Shown piece by piece: positions 1 through 11,377 of a stretch of 40,487 nucleotides of DNA. Source of the stretch: Candidatus Omnitrophota bacterium (GTDB lineage Bacteria; Omnitrophota; Gorgyraeia; Zapsychrales; Fredricksoniimonadaceae); NCBI GenBank assembly GCA_015233375.1, contig JADFXW010000005.1, positions 541 through 41,027 on the forward strand, given 5' to 3'. The translations under genes were made by a program, and so were the position numbers. The first letter of the stretch is position 1, and the number at the start of each line of letters is the position of its first letter. A model generated the notes under the pieces. That model saw only the letters and a list, made by a program, of their open reading frames with translations. It was not told the DNA's origin and ran no database searches.

Positions 1-130
1 GTTTGCGAGCTGATTTTCCTTCTTCAACAAAGAATACACGTATATCTTTAACCAGATCAATGATATAATTCGGTAATAATTGTTCTGTTTTATCGCTGAT
101 GGTATTGGGAATCAGATATAATTTAGGCAT
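1..130 (-). CDS. SAM-dependent methyltransferase, RsmI-like tetrapyrrole methylase family (5' part, runs off the window)
   Basis: Not in ORF track. Manual translation from ATG at 130 gives MPKLYLIPNTISDKTEQLLPNYIIDLVKDIRVFFVEEGKSARK, with the LYLIP...FxVExxKSAR N-terminus of this family. Starts 3 nt after the stop of 134..568. Confidence 0.7.
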   Translation of the reverse strand, partial: MPKLYLIPNTISDKTEQLLPNYIIDLVKDIRVFFVEEGKSARK

Positions 131-133
131 TGC

Positions 134-568
134 TTAGTCATGGGTTTGGCAATAGGTCAAGACTTCACTTAATTCTTTTGCAGTAATAAAACCAACAATC
201 CTGGCATTTTCAATTTCTTGACCATGGCTATTTAAAAAGATGAGTGTTGGAACACCCTCAAGCCCATATTCCCCGGCAATCTTCTGAACTGCGGGGCTTT
301 CTTGATCCGTAACATCGACCTTTAAAGCCGTAAATTTGGCTAATTTAGCCTGAATTTCAGGACGGGGAAAAACTTGTTCTTCTAGCTCATGGCAAACCCC
401 GCACCAATCAGCTGAAAAATCAATAACAACAGGTATACCTTTTGCGAGTGAATCAGCAAGGGCCTCTTTACTATACGTCTTCCATGGCATCTGGGATGAA
501 TGAACAAAACCTTGAGAATACGCACAGAACACAAAAATTAAACAAATAATACCCATCAAATTTTTCAT
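134..568 (-). CDS. Exported thioredoxin-fold protein (DsbD gamma-like)
   Basis: WCGVC active site in VVIDFSADWCGVC; GVPTLIF cis-Pro motif; signal peptide from MKNLMG (ATG 568, chosen because a -10 box lies just upstream). Confidence 0.85.
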   Translation of the reverse strand: MKNLMGIICLIFVFCAYSQGFVHSSQMPWKTYSKEALADSLAKGIPVVIDFSADWCGVCHELEEQVFPRPEIQAKLAKFTALKVDVTDQESPAVQKIAGEYGLEGVPTLIFLNSHGQEIENARIVGFITAKELSEVLTYCQTHD

Positions 569-617
569 GGCATTATTATACCATAAAATATAATTGCTCA
601 ATCTATAGAAATAAATA

Positions 618-646
618 TTGCGTCAGGAAATACCAACAGGTATTAT
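618..646 (+). promoter_or_regulatory. Putative sigma70 promoter for the radical SAM gene
   Basis: TTGCGT (618-623), 17 nt, TATTAT (641-646). Confidence 0.5.
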
Positions 647-698
647 AGTAAAAATTAAGTTATTTGAGATTTTAAATAAGTAGAGTGAGCAAGGATGA

Positions 699-832
699 GG
701 ACTTGGTAAAATTGTTTTTTAAAAGGGATTTGGTCATTTTAGCCTAAAATTGGTCAGAGCCACCGAAGGCTATGACTAATTTTAGGCGTAAAAAATGACC
801 CATCCCTTTTAAAAAATAATTTTACCAAGTCC
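699..832. repeat. Long imperfect inverted repeat (~134 bp rod-like hairpin)
   Basis: GGACTTGGTAAAATT...AATTTTACCAAGTCC outer arms; AAAAGGGAT/ATCCCTTTT, GGTCATTTT/AAAATGACC and GCCTAAAATT/AATTTTAGGC inner arms. Confidence 0.9.
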
Positions 833-859
833 GTCCACTATCAAGCAATTACCCATTTT

Positions 860-2389
860 ATGAAAATAATCATCTTAAACCCTTCATTTGGAGATAATTT
901 TGTCCGCGTGGCTCGTTGGGCTGCGAAATCCCGTGGCCGCGTCCAACGGCATCCTGAATATTTGTTAACTGCAGCACAGGTACTCATTGATGCGGGGCAT
1001 GACACCCATTTTATTGAAGCTGCGGCACGCAATTTGACGGTGGAAGAATCTGTTGATTCAACAGTTCATCTAAAGCCTGATCTTCTGGTGATGCACGTCA
1101 CCACCCCTTCTATTTATTCTGATATTGAACAGGCCAAAATCATCAAAAACAAAACTCATTGCAAGATAGCCTTTGTTGGCCAACACGCCACCGCTGAAAT
1201 TGACAATACCTTTGAAATAGGACGCGGTGTGGTGGATTATATCCTCGCGCGCGAATATGATTATACCCTCCGTGATCTGGCCCAAGGCCTGCCTGATGAT
1301 AAGAATCCAGGCCTTTGCTGGATTAAAAATGGACAAGTCATTAAAAATAACCCCAGACCTGATCTGGATGTGAATGATCTCCCTTTTCCTGCTTGGCATT
1401 TGATTAAACCTGAATGGTATCCTGACGCTGGTAAGAAATTCCCGTTTTTGACCTTAATGACTGGACGTGGTTGTAATAATGCCTGCACCTTTTGCAGGGA
1501 CCCCCAATTAATGTACGGCCATCAATTCCGCAACCGCCGGGCAGATCTCGTTGTTGCTGAAATGGAGCATGATCTAAAACTGCACCCGCAGATTCGTGAA
1601 ATCATGTTTGAAACAGATACCTTTGGGGCCAACCGCCAGCATGTCATTGATGTTTGCAATTTAATAATCTCCAAAGGTATTCATAAGCGGATCAGCTGGT
1701 CTTGCAACATGCGTGTGAACACGGATTTATCCCTGCTTCCACTCATGCGCAAAGCTGGCTGCCGGATGCTCATGACAGGTTTTGAATTTGGGACTAATGA
1801 AAATTTACGGGTTGTGCGTAAAGGCGGCGTATCCATCGAAATGGCCAGGGCCTATACTAAGGAAGCCCATCGTTTAGGCTTTACAGTGCATGGCTGTTTT
1901 ATGTTTGGAGCACCTGGTGAAACCAGGACAAGCGCTCGTGCAACCATTGATTTTGCGAAATCTTTAGCCTTAGACACCATTCAATTTACTGGTATCGCTG
2001 TTTATCCAGGCACATCACTTTATGCCTGGGCCAAGGAAAATGGGTATATATTAGCCCAAGACTGGAAGGATTGGCTAACCGCAACGGGTGAGCAGCGTAC
2101 CCTGCTTTCCTATCCTCAATTTTCACATAAAGACATTGATGAGCATATTGATATTGGGCTTAAAGAATTTTATTTAAGGCCCAAACAAATCTGGAGCATG
2201 TTGATTTCCATTAATTCTATAGGAGATCTCTTAAGGAAACTTTACGGCTTAAAAGCCTTTATTGATTACTTTTCGCACAAAATGAAGAAAGGTTTTCAAA
2301 AACCAACGGATAAAAAACCATTCGCAAAATTCTTGCATAGAAAAATTAAAGGTCGAAATAACAACATGAGATTGACACCTGCGTGTTGA
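860..2389 (+). CDS. B12-binding domain radical SAM protein (HpnJ-like)
   Basis: N-terminal cobalamin-binding domain; GRGCNNACTFC CxxxCxxC motif; GFE, HGCFMFGAPGET and PGT motifs. Confidence 0.88.
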   Translation: MKIIILNPSFGDNFVRVARWAAKSRGRVQRHPEYLLTAAQVLIDAGHDTHFIEAAARNLTVEESVDSTVHLKPDLLVMHVTTPSIYSDIEQAKIIKNKTHCKIAFVGQHATAEIDNTFEIGRGVVDYILAREYDYTLRDLAQGLPDDKNPGLCWIKNGQVIKNNPRPDLDVNDLPFPAWHLIKPEWYPDAGKKFPFLTLMTGRGCNNACTFCRDPQLMYGHQFRNRRADLVVAEMEHDLKLHPQIREIMFETDTFGANRQHVIDVCNLIISKGIHKRISWSCNMRVNTDLSLLPLMRKAGCRMLMTGFEFGTNENLRVVRKGGVSIEMARAYTKEAHRLGFTVHGCFMFGAPGETRTSARATIDFAKSLALDTIQFTGIAVYPGTSLYAWAKENGYILAQDWKDWLTATGEQRTLLSYPQFSHKDIDEHIDIGLKEFYLRPKQIWSMLISINSIGDLLRKLYGLKAFIDYFSHKMKKGFQKPTDKKPFAKFLHRKIKGRNNNMRLTPAC

Positions 2390-2400
2390 TTTGTTATATT
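2372..2400 (+). promoter_or_regulatory. sigma70 promoter for ferredoxin
   Basis: TTGACA (2372-2377), 17 nt, TATATT (2395-2400) preceded by TGn; SD AAGGAG at 2421-2426. Confidence 0.7.
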
Positions 2401-2432
2401 AGCCAAAATTAATTATTAATAAGGAGAGTTAT

Positions 2433-2708
2433 ATGCCACACGTTGTAACCGAAGCCTGTCTTAAATGCAAGTACACTGATTGTGTTGTTGTCTGTCCAGT
2501 GGAATCCTTCCGTGAGGATGCTGAAATGGTCTATATTGATCCAGACGTCTGCATTGACTGCGGCGCCTGTGTTCCAGAATGTCCTGTTCAAGCCATCTTT
2601 CCAGACGCTGAAGTGCCGGATAAATTCAAAAATTACATTGCCTTAAATGCAAGCAAATCAAAAGAATGCCCGGTCATCAACCAAAAGAAACCACCGCTGG
2701 CAAAATAA
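2433..2708 (+). CDS. fdxA: FdxA-type 7Fe ferredoxin
   Basis: CLKCKYTDCVVVCPV and CIDCGACVPECPV motifs; good SD. Confidence 0.92.
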   Translation: MPHVVTEACLKCKYTDCVVVCPVESFREDAEMVYIDPDVCIDCGACVPECPVQAIFPDAEVPDKFKNYIALNASKSKECPVINQKKPPLAK

Positions 2709-2738
2709 GTTTTATTTACGTTATCTTATAGTTTATTT

Positions 2739-2774
2739 GAACTCCCCCTACCCCCTCTTTAAAAAAAGAGGGGG
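2739..2774. repeat. REP-like palindrome, family A (GAACTCCCCCTA-CCCCCTCTTT..AAAGAGGGGG)
   Basis: 36 bp identical to 15905-15940; related copies at 3829, 13683 and 36257. Confidence 0.9.
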
Positions 2775-2869
2775 CCTCTTCTTGAAATTCTTTTTGAGGC
2801 CTTTTTTATAAAAGAGGTGGAATTAAGCAGAGTGTGTTTTTGGGGACCAATTTCGAAAGTTAGGGAATT

Positions 2870-3418
2870 TCAGCACCAATCACTCATCCCAAAGAAATAC
2901 CACAGGTTTGAAGCCACATGAACACCCTGCTCTAATTGAGAGAGCATGAATTCTTTGGCGTCTTTTCGATAGACCAAGAAGACTTGGATGTCTTCGGCGT
3001 CCTCCAATTCTTGGACAGGATTTTGATTGGCGGGCAGGTTTTCATCGACTTCAACACAAACAATCCTGGCGCTATCATTGACAAGGGACGCGCCAGTTTT
3101 TAGCACAGGACTGACCTCAATGATTTGACCTGTATAACCAGTCTCTTCTTTTAGCTCTACTAAGGCATGGGCCGGATCATTAAAGGCCAAACCTGCTGGA
3201 AAAGAAATAATATAACTGTCAATGGCAGGACGGTATTGCTTAATCAAAACAAATCTTTTTGAAGGCATCAGGCGGGCTAGCACAATAACACCCACCGTGG
3301 AACGTTTCCTGTCCACACATTCCCATGTTAATTCTGCGCCTTTATCATTTTGATACTTGGTTTCACGGACAGCAAGCCAGTTGCCGTCGTAAACTATTTT
3401 TTCGCTTAGTTTTTTCAT
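2870..3418 (-). CDS. NUDIX hydrolase (ADP-ribose pyrophosphatase-like)
   Basis: KQYRP..FPAG..ELKEETG Nudix box (shortened); QELEDAEDI C-terminal motif. Confidence 0.85.
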   Translation of the reverse strand: MKKLSEKIVYDGNWLAVRETKYQNDKGAELTWECVDRKRSTVGVIVLARLMPSKRFVLIKQYRPAIDSYIISFPAGLAFNDPAHALVELKEETGYTGQIIEVSPVLKTGASLVNDSARIVCVEVDENLPANQNPVQELEDAEDIQVFLVYRKDAKEFMLSQLEQGVHVASNLWYFFGMSDWC

Positions 3419-3438
3419 TATTGCTTTCCAAATTGATC

Positions 3439-3498
3439 GTAGGGGCTGACCTTGTATCGGCCCGTTAGACTTTGGGAGGACACAAGGTCCTCCCCTAC
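3439..3498. repeat. GTAG-type REP doublet (BIME-like), family B
   Basis: GTAGGGGCTGACCTTGTATCGGCCC...GGGAGGACACAAGGTCCTCCCCTAC: two inverted REP units with GTAG feet. A single related unit lies at 13631-13655. Confidence 0.8.
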
Positions 3499-3546
3499 AA
3501 CTTACAGGAAATCTGCGTCATAAAGGGACACAAAATCCATCAGTGT

Positions 3547-3807
3547 TCACTTGATTGCAGTCATTTGATCCGCAAGCAAGGTCACTTGATGCGCCATGTC
3601 CACTTCCACAACCCCGCTTGTTATTTCATATCCAGACTCCTGGTTATGCTGACGCACACGAACCTGTCCTTGTTTTAATGTGGACACTAAAGGCATATGA
3701 CCTGTGTAGATTTCAAATGACCCTTCAGCACCTGGAAGAAAGACAGAATCGACCTGGTCTTCGAAAATGATGCCTGTAGGCGCAACTATTAATAGTTTAA
3801 ATGACAT
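3547..3807 (-). CDS. atpC: F1 ATP synthase epsilon subunit (short form)
   Basis: LPGAEGSFEIYTGHMPL motif; last gene of the atp operon. Confidence 0.92.
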   Translation of the reverse strand: MSFKLLIVAPTGIIFEDQVDSVFLPGAEGSFEIYTGHMPLVSTLKQGQVRVRQHNQESGYEITSGVVEVDMAHQVTLLADQMTAIK

Positions 3808-3828
3808 AAAATTACCTGAATTTAAAAT

Positions 3829-3872
3829 GAACTCCCCCTAACCCCCTCTTTAATCGCTTCGCAAAGAGGGGG
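3829..3872. repeat. REP-like palindrome, family A (variant with AATCGCTTCGC loop)
   Basis: Identical to 13683-13726. Confidence 0.9.
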
Positions 3873-3877
3873 AAAAG

Positions 3878-4114
3878 AATTTCGGTTCTTTTGAATTTTG
3901 AATGAGTAGGAATAGTATAGATTAGCGGGTGGCTTGGACAGCGTGTTAACGAGCGCACGACCAGTGCCCAAGTCAGCGGTAAAGGGAAACCCCCTTTCTG
4001 GCCGCTGATAGGGTTGCCATTCGCCAAGAGGAGCACGTTAACACGCTGTCCAAGACAGGCCCCGCGTAAGATTAAGCTTTGCTACCCATTCAAAATTTCA
4101 AAGAGCCAGAATTT
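3878..4114. repeat. Long nested inverted repeat (~235 bp) between atpD and atpC
   Basis: Perfect 19-bp arms CTTGGACAGCGTGTTAACG (3933-3951) / 4036-4054; outer arms TTTTGAATGAGTAG / CTACCCATTCAAAA; inner TCAGCGG/CCGCTGA and AAAGGG/CCCTTT. Confidence 0.85.
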
Positions 4115-4128
4115 CCTATAGTATTAAA

Positions 4129-6435
<2,307 letters not shown>

Positions 6436-6439
<4 letters not shown>

Positions 6440-7950
6440 GGTTTAAATGTGCCTTTTACTTCTTCTAATATCTTCTTGAAACCTGCCTTAATTTCATCCG
6501 TCATGGCCAAGGTCTTGTTAAACAAGGCCACAAAATCACCATAACGGGTATCTAATTGGATGAACAGATATTCTTCAAACCTGCGTACCTGGTTTACTGG
6601 AACATCATCCAAATACCCGTTAGTACCTGCAAAAATAATCGCTACCTGATTGGCAACGGATAAAGGCTCATGGATACCTTGCTTGATAATTTCCATCAGG
6701 CGCTTGCCGCGGTCTAACTGTTTGCGGGTTGCGGCATCCAAATCTGAAGCAAATTGAGAGAAGGCTGCTAATTCACGGTACTGCGCTAATTCCAAACGCA
6801 AGGAACCCGCGGTTTGCTTCATGGCCTTGACTTGACCATCACCACCAACGCGTGAAACGGAAAGGCCTGCATTAATAGCCGGCCTCTGGCCTGCATTAAA
6901 CAAATCGCCTTCCAGGAAAATTTGTCCGTCTGTAATGGAAATAACATTGGTGGGAATATAGGCTGACAAATCACCTGCTTGCGTCTCAATAATCGGTAAA
7001 GCAGTCAGACTTCCCGCACCTTTTTTATCCGATAACTTGGCAGCCCTCTCCAATAAACGGCTATGAAGATAAAAGATGTCGCCTGGAAAAGCCTCTCGTC
7101 CCGGCGGCCTGCGTAAAAGAAGGGATAATTGACGATATGCTTGGGCTTGTTTGGTTAAATCATCATAAATAATCAAGGCATGCTTGCCATTATCCCGGTA
7201 ATGCTCTGCCATGGCGGTGCCTGAATAAGGCGCTATAAATTGCATGGGAGCTGGATCAGAGGCGGTGGCTGCAATGATCGTCGTATACTCCATGGCCCCG
7301 AATTTCCGCAAGGTCTCGGAAACCTGGACAACTGTAGATCTTTTTTGACCAATAGCCACATAGAAGCAATAAACACCTTTGCCCTTTTGGTTAATGATAG
7401 TATCAATGGCCAAGGAGGTTTTTCCTGTTTTTCTATCCCCTATAATAAGCTCACGCTGGCCACGACCTACAGGTGTTAAAGCATCAATGACCTTGATACC
7501 TGTTTGCAAAGGCTCATGCACGTTTTTCCTGTCAATGATACCAAGGGCCTTACGCTCAATAGGCAGATAATCTTTGGGAACAAAAGCAGGCTTGCCATCA
7601 ATAGGCACACCTAAAGCATCCACGATACGGCCAAGCAAAACATCACCCACAGGCACAGAGGCAATTTTACCTGTACGTTTAACCTCATCGCCTTCCTTGA
7701 TAGCAGAATCCTCGCCAAAAATAGCAACCCCCACATTCGAACTTTCCAAATTCAAGGCCATGCCCATAACACCGCATGAAAACTCAACTAATTCACCTGC
7801 CATGACATTACTTAAGCCATAAACACGCGCAATACCATCCCCTACATTGAGAACTGTGCCAACCTCGTAGGTTTCAACCTTACTTGAAAAGTTGGCTAAC
7901 TGTTGTTTTAAAATTGAAGATATTTCATCAGGTTGTAATTGTTGAGTCAT
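6436..7950 (-). CDS. atpA: F1 ATP synthase alpha subunit
   Basis: [31 protein letters not shown]. Confidence 0.99.
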
Positions 7951-7965
7951 AACACAAGTCCCTTT

Positions 7966-8502
7966 TTAAACCGGTTGGATGGTCTTTTGTAAATAATTTT
8001 CTAACTGATTTCTAAAACTATAATCGTACATCTTGTCCTTAACCAAAATCTTGAATCCACCAATAAGGCTTTTATCTATTGTCCATTGGGGCAAAACATG
8101 GGCTTTAAATTTATCATTTAAACATTGGCCAATATAAGTTTTTTCGGTATCCTCCGTCACCTGGGCGGTGGTGATCAACGCCTTTAATTGACGGGTGCTT
8201 TGCAAATACAAAGCATCAAAGGACTCAATCATATCAGCCAGCCCTGACAAACGGCCTTTATAGGCGATAAACAACAAAAATTGTAAAAAAAGGTCAGGGA
8301 CTTTTTTCTCAAACAAGGCCTTTAAAAGAGAACTCTTCTGGTCATAAGACAAAAGCGGATTGCCCAGGAATCGGCGGAAGTCTGCTGATTCCTGGATAAA
8401 TTTGCCTATACCTGACATGCTTTGATGCAGTTCTTCCAGGCTCATTTTTTCTTGAGCCAGGTCAAATAATGCTTTTGAATAACGTTCGGATGATTGGGAC
8501 AT
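7966..8502 (-). CDS. atpH: F1 ATP synthase delta subunit
   Basis: RYSKALF N-terminus, DKSLIGG motif. Start set at ATG 8502; the longer ORF-track start lies inside a palindrome. Confidence 0.92.
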   Translation of the reverse strand: MSQSSERYSKALFDLAQEKMSLEELHQSMSGIGKFIQESADFRRFLGNPLLSYDQKSSLLKALFEKKVPDLFLQFLLFIAYKGRLSGLADMIESFDALYLQSTRQLKALITTAQVTEDTEKTYIGQCLNDKFKAHVLPQWTIDKSLIGGFKILVKDKMYDYSFRNQLENYLQKTIQPV

Positions 8503-8533
8503 ATCTATTGTATTAAATTCATTTACACACGCA

Positions 8534-8713
8534 GGATTGAGGGATGGCAATTATGTTTTCGGAACAATCAGGGATTTTTGGCCAAATGTTTGCGAGGATT
8601 TACAATAAATTTTTTCCAAATATACTAAGGATGCTTTAGAAAAAATTTATTGTAAACCGAAGCAAACGGCCAAAATATCCCGTTCAGAAAACATAATTGC
8701 CATCCCTCAATCC
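8534..8713. repeat. 180-bp palindromic (MITE-like) element between atpF and atpH
   Basis: Perfect 27-bp terminal inverted repeat GGATTGAGGGATGGCAATTATGTTTTC / GAAAACATAATTGCCATCCCTCAATCC, with nested inner arms such as TTTACAATAAATTTTTT / AAAAAATTTATTGTAAA. Confidence 0.9.
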
Positions 8714-8726
8714 CTGGATGATTTAT

Positions 8727-9251
8727 TTATATACCCTTTATCGCCTCATTGATTAATTTCTTATTTTTCTCATTATCCATGTTTTCTTTAAGGATCTTTT
8801 CAGCGAGTGACACCGCTATTTGCGCGCTTTCTTTTTTTAGGGCATTTTTAACACGCTGGCGTTCACTCTCAATTTCTTGATAGGCGTTCTCGATGATATC
8901 TTCCGCGTTCTTTTTAGCTTGCCCCTCAATCTGATTGGCTAATTCATGGCCAGATTTTCTGGATTGCTCGATGATGATATTTGCTTTTTCCTTGGCTTCA
9001 TTTAAAATTTGGATCTTTGTTTCTTCAACTTTTACTAATTCGGCCTTTATTTTATCCGCGTCATCCAGGGACTTGCGGATATAATCCTCCCTGTTTTTTA
9101 AACCTTGTAAAATAGGCTTCCAGGCAAATTTTTGTAAAATCCACAGGACAAGAAAGAACGTCACCCATGTCAAAATGACCATGAGTGTTTCGGGCATTAA
9201 AATATTAGGACCGCCATTGGATGCGGCATGAGTCACGGACGAATTTTCCAT
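8727..9251 (-). CDS. atpF: F0 ATP synthase subunit b
   Basis: Single TM helix, KFAWKPI motif, coiled coil; operon position. Confidence 0.96.
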   Translation of the reverse strand: MENSSVTHAASNGGPNILMPETLMVILTWVTFFLVLWILQKFAWKPILQGLKNREDYIRKSLDDADKIKAELVKVEETKIQILNEAKEKANIIIEQSRKSGHELANQIEGQAKKNAEDIIENAYQEIESERQRVKNALKKESAQIAVSLAEKILKENMDNEKNKKLINEAIKGI

Positions 9252-9268
9252 AAAATTTTAATCCTTTA

Positions 9269-9505
9269 TTATGATTGAAGCGCTAAAAAGCAAAACACCG
9301 CGCACAACAAAGCCACGCCTTCAACCAAGGCCGCACCCACAAACATGACTGTCTGAATCTTACCTGATTGTTCAGGCTGACGGGCAATGCCGTTTAAAGC
9401 CGCAGAAACAATTAAACCGACACCAATACCAGCTCCTACAGAACAAAGGCCGAAGCCGATCCCTACAAAAAGTCTTCCTAAATGTGCTATTTCCCATGAT
9501 TGCAT
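9269..9505 (-). CDS. atpE: F0 ATP synthase subunit c
   Basis: GAGIGVG, ARQPE loop, essential Glu in ALVEGVAL. No Na+-binding Q/ES(T) signature, so probably H+-coupled. Confidence 0.97.
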   Translation of the reverse strand: MQSWEIAHLGRLFVGIGFGLCSVGAGIGVGLIVSAALNGIARQPEQSGKIQTVMFVGAALVEGVALLCAVFCFLALQS

Positions 9506-9519
9506 AGTTTTTTCCTTTC

Positions 9520-10284
9520 TTAATGTTCTGGATGATACATTTGACCTATAAAAACAGCTGATAACAACACAAAAATGTACGCTTGCAAAAAGACAATCAA
9601 AAGCTCAAGAAGCGATACTCCCACCGCTAAAACCAAGGATGGCAGGGCTATCCAGCCAAATAAGGCGATCATCCCAAGCAAGGACAAAACAAGCATATGA
9701 CCTGCCAGCATATTGGCAAAAAGTCGGATCATCAACGCAAAGGTCTTAATAAAAAGACTTATAAATTCCATCAAAAAGATAAAAGGCAAAATGATTACAG
9801 GAACACCCGCAGGCATAAAAGCCTTTAAAAAACCGCCTAAACCATTTTTTCGTATTGTATCCGCAGTCATGAAATAGAACGTCACCAGTGCTAATGGAGC
9901 CGTTACACTAATATTAGCAGTGGCTGAGGCAAACAAAGGAATCTGGCCCATTAAATTTAGACCAAGGATAAAAAAGAAAAAGGTGCATAATAAGGGTGTT
10001 AACCGCTGGCCCTCTTCTTCTCCTAAGGATGGGATTGCAATACCATCACGAACAAATTGGACCATGGCCTCAAGGCAATTGGTCAAACCCGTAGGAACAC
10101 GTTGCTCTCTTTTATAACAAACGCAAAAAATGACAACCAATAATAAAGCCCATATCACCAGCATCAAGCCATGCAAGGACAAAAAATGAGGCAAAAGAAC
10201 TGGCCCCATAAACGGCAGATGCCATTCATTGGAATTGGTCACATGATGCATGATATAGGAACTTAAATCAAATGATGGATTCAT
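9520..10284 (-). CDS. atpB: F0 ATP synthase subunit a
   Basis: IRLFANMLAGH and LQAYIF motifs. Confidence 0.97.
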   Translation of the reverse strand: MNPSFDLSSYIMHHVTNSNEWHLPFMGPVLLPHFLSLHGLMLVIWALLLVVIFCVCYKREQRVPTGLTNCLEAMVQFVRDGIAIPSLGEEEGQRLTPLLCTFFFFILGLNLMGQIPLFASATANISVTAPLALVTFYFMTADTIRKNGLGGFLKAFMPAGVPVIILPFIFLMEFISLFIKTFALMIRLFANMLAGHMLVLSLLGMIALFGWIALPSLVLAVGVSLLELLIVFLQAYIFVLLSAVFIGQMYHPEH

Positions 10285-10287
10285 TAA

Positions 10288-10503
10288 TTATTTATACAAC
10301 CCTTTTTTTAAAACCTTCCAAACCTCATAAACACAGTACACAATGCCTAAAACAATCCCAATCATAGTCCAAAGAAAACGGGTATGGCACTTTTGATCTA
10401 ACCACCAACCCAGCATGGTCAAAAAAACAATACCACAACCCATGCTCCACAATATCGCAAAAAGAGAATAATCAGGCCTATCTTTTGGGGATTTTTCAGG
10501 CAT
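10288..10503 (-). CDS. AtpZ/AtpI family small membrane protein
   Basis: GWWLD motif between two TM helices; first gene of the atp operon. Confidence 0.85.
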   Translation of the reverse strand: MPEKSPKDRPDYSLFAILWSMGCGIVFLTMLGWWLDQKCHTRFLWTMIGIVLGIVYCVYEVWKVLKKGLYK

Positions 10504-10668
10504 AAATTAAAAAAGAACTATATCAAAAGTTTTGATGGTGATCAAATTTTAAATTTTAAATCCTGCGATAACTACGCAGGCCCTATATTAGAAGAAGCGG
10601 CGAAGAAGATTGTGCAAATTTGTTCGGACAAATTTTATGCTTGATTACCTTCTATTGGGTAGGTCTTT

Positions 10669-10971
10669 TTAAAGAACACCTGCTAATCCCTTATCTTCAA
10701 TGATGTGCAGTAGCTTTAAGGCCGTTCCTGAGGGCTTCTTATCGCCCTGTTCCCACTTCTGGACTGTGCGCACGCTGGTATTAATAAACCTGGCTAATGC
10801 TGCTTGGCTTAATTTTAGCTTCCTACGTAACCTGGAAATGGATTTAGGAGTATAGGGCTTTACTTCTAAAGCCAATGCTCTAACTTCTTTAAGGGTTATT
10901 TCATTAATTGAACCCAGCTTATAAAGATCCTCCATTGATTCTAAGACCATATTTTTAATACTGTTTTCCAT
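10669..10971 (-). CDS. XRE-family HTH antitoxin (HigA/YiaG-like)
   Basis: LSQAALARFINTSVRTVQKWEQGDKKPSG helix-turn-helix; 5 nt downstream of the toxin. Confidence 0.9.
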   Translation of the reverse strand: MENSIKNMVLESMEDLYKLGSINEITLKEVRALALEVKPYTPKSISRLRRKLKLSQAALARFINTSVRTVQKWEQGDKKPSGTALKLLHIIEDKGLAGVL

Positions 10972-10976
10972 AGATC

Positions 10977-11354
10977 TTATTCTCCCGGTTTTAAAATCTT
11001 AAAAAATTTCTTTTGTTGAATACCTTGGGCTATTATCCCATCCGTTGAATCCTGATAACCGTCCGATAATTTATGGAGAAAATTAATTTCTGAACTGCTT
11101 AAATTACTTTGGTGACTTTTTTCGAACCCGTAACAAAAAATTAATTTTTTGCCCTTTTGATAAAACAATATCGTCCGTGTTCCTGCGCTTTTTCCTCGAC
11201 CAGCTAATGCAATGCGTTTTTTAAATAAATGATTCCCCAGATCAGCTTCAAATAACCCACTCTCAAATTCACTAACAGCATCTAAAAGAACGTTGTCTGT
11301 AATTCCGTGTTTTCTAGCCCAACGTGCAAAATATTTATTTTTTAAATAATTCAT
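10977..11354 (-). CDS. RelE/ParE-family type II toxin
   Basis: ADLGNHLFKKRIALAGRGKSAGTR..YGFEK signature. Start ATG 11354 lies downstream of the promoter. Confidence 0.9.
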   Translation of the reverse strand: MNYLKNKYFARWARKHGITDNVLLDAVSEFESGLFEADLGNHLFKKRIALAGRGKSAGTRTILFYQKGKKLIFCYGFEKSHQSNLSSSEINFLHKLSDGYQDSTDGIIAQGIQQKKFFKILKPGE

Positions 11355-11377
11355 GGCCCTTTTAAATATCCATCGTG

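Noticed and set aside
3812-4036. 74-aa ORF between atpD and atpC
   Set aside because: Composed entirely of palindromic repeat sequence; no SD and no protein motifs.
8534-8713. 6S RNA candidate (180-nt rod)
   Set aside because: Arms are too perfectly complementary, there is no clear central open bubble, and the location is intra-operonic. A palindromic element fits better; cmscan would settle it.
10561-10644. Coding-like + strand stretch (SCDNYAGPILEEAAKKIVQICSDKFYA*)
   Set aside because: No supported start or SD and no recognisable family; at most a remnant.
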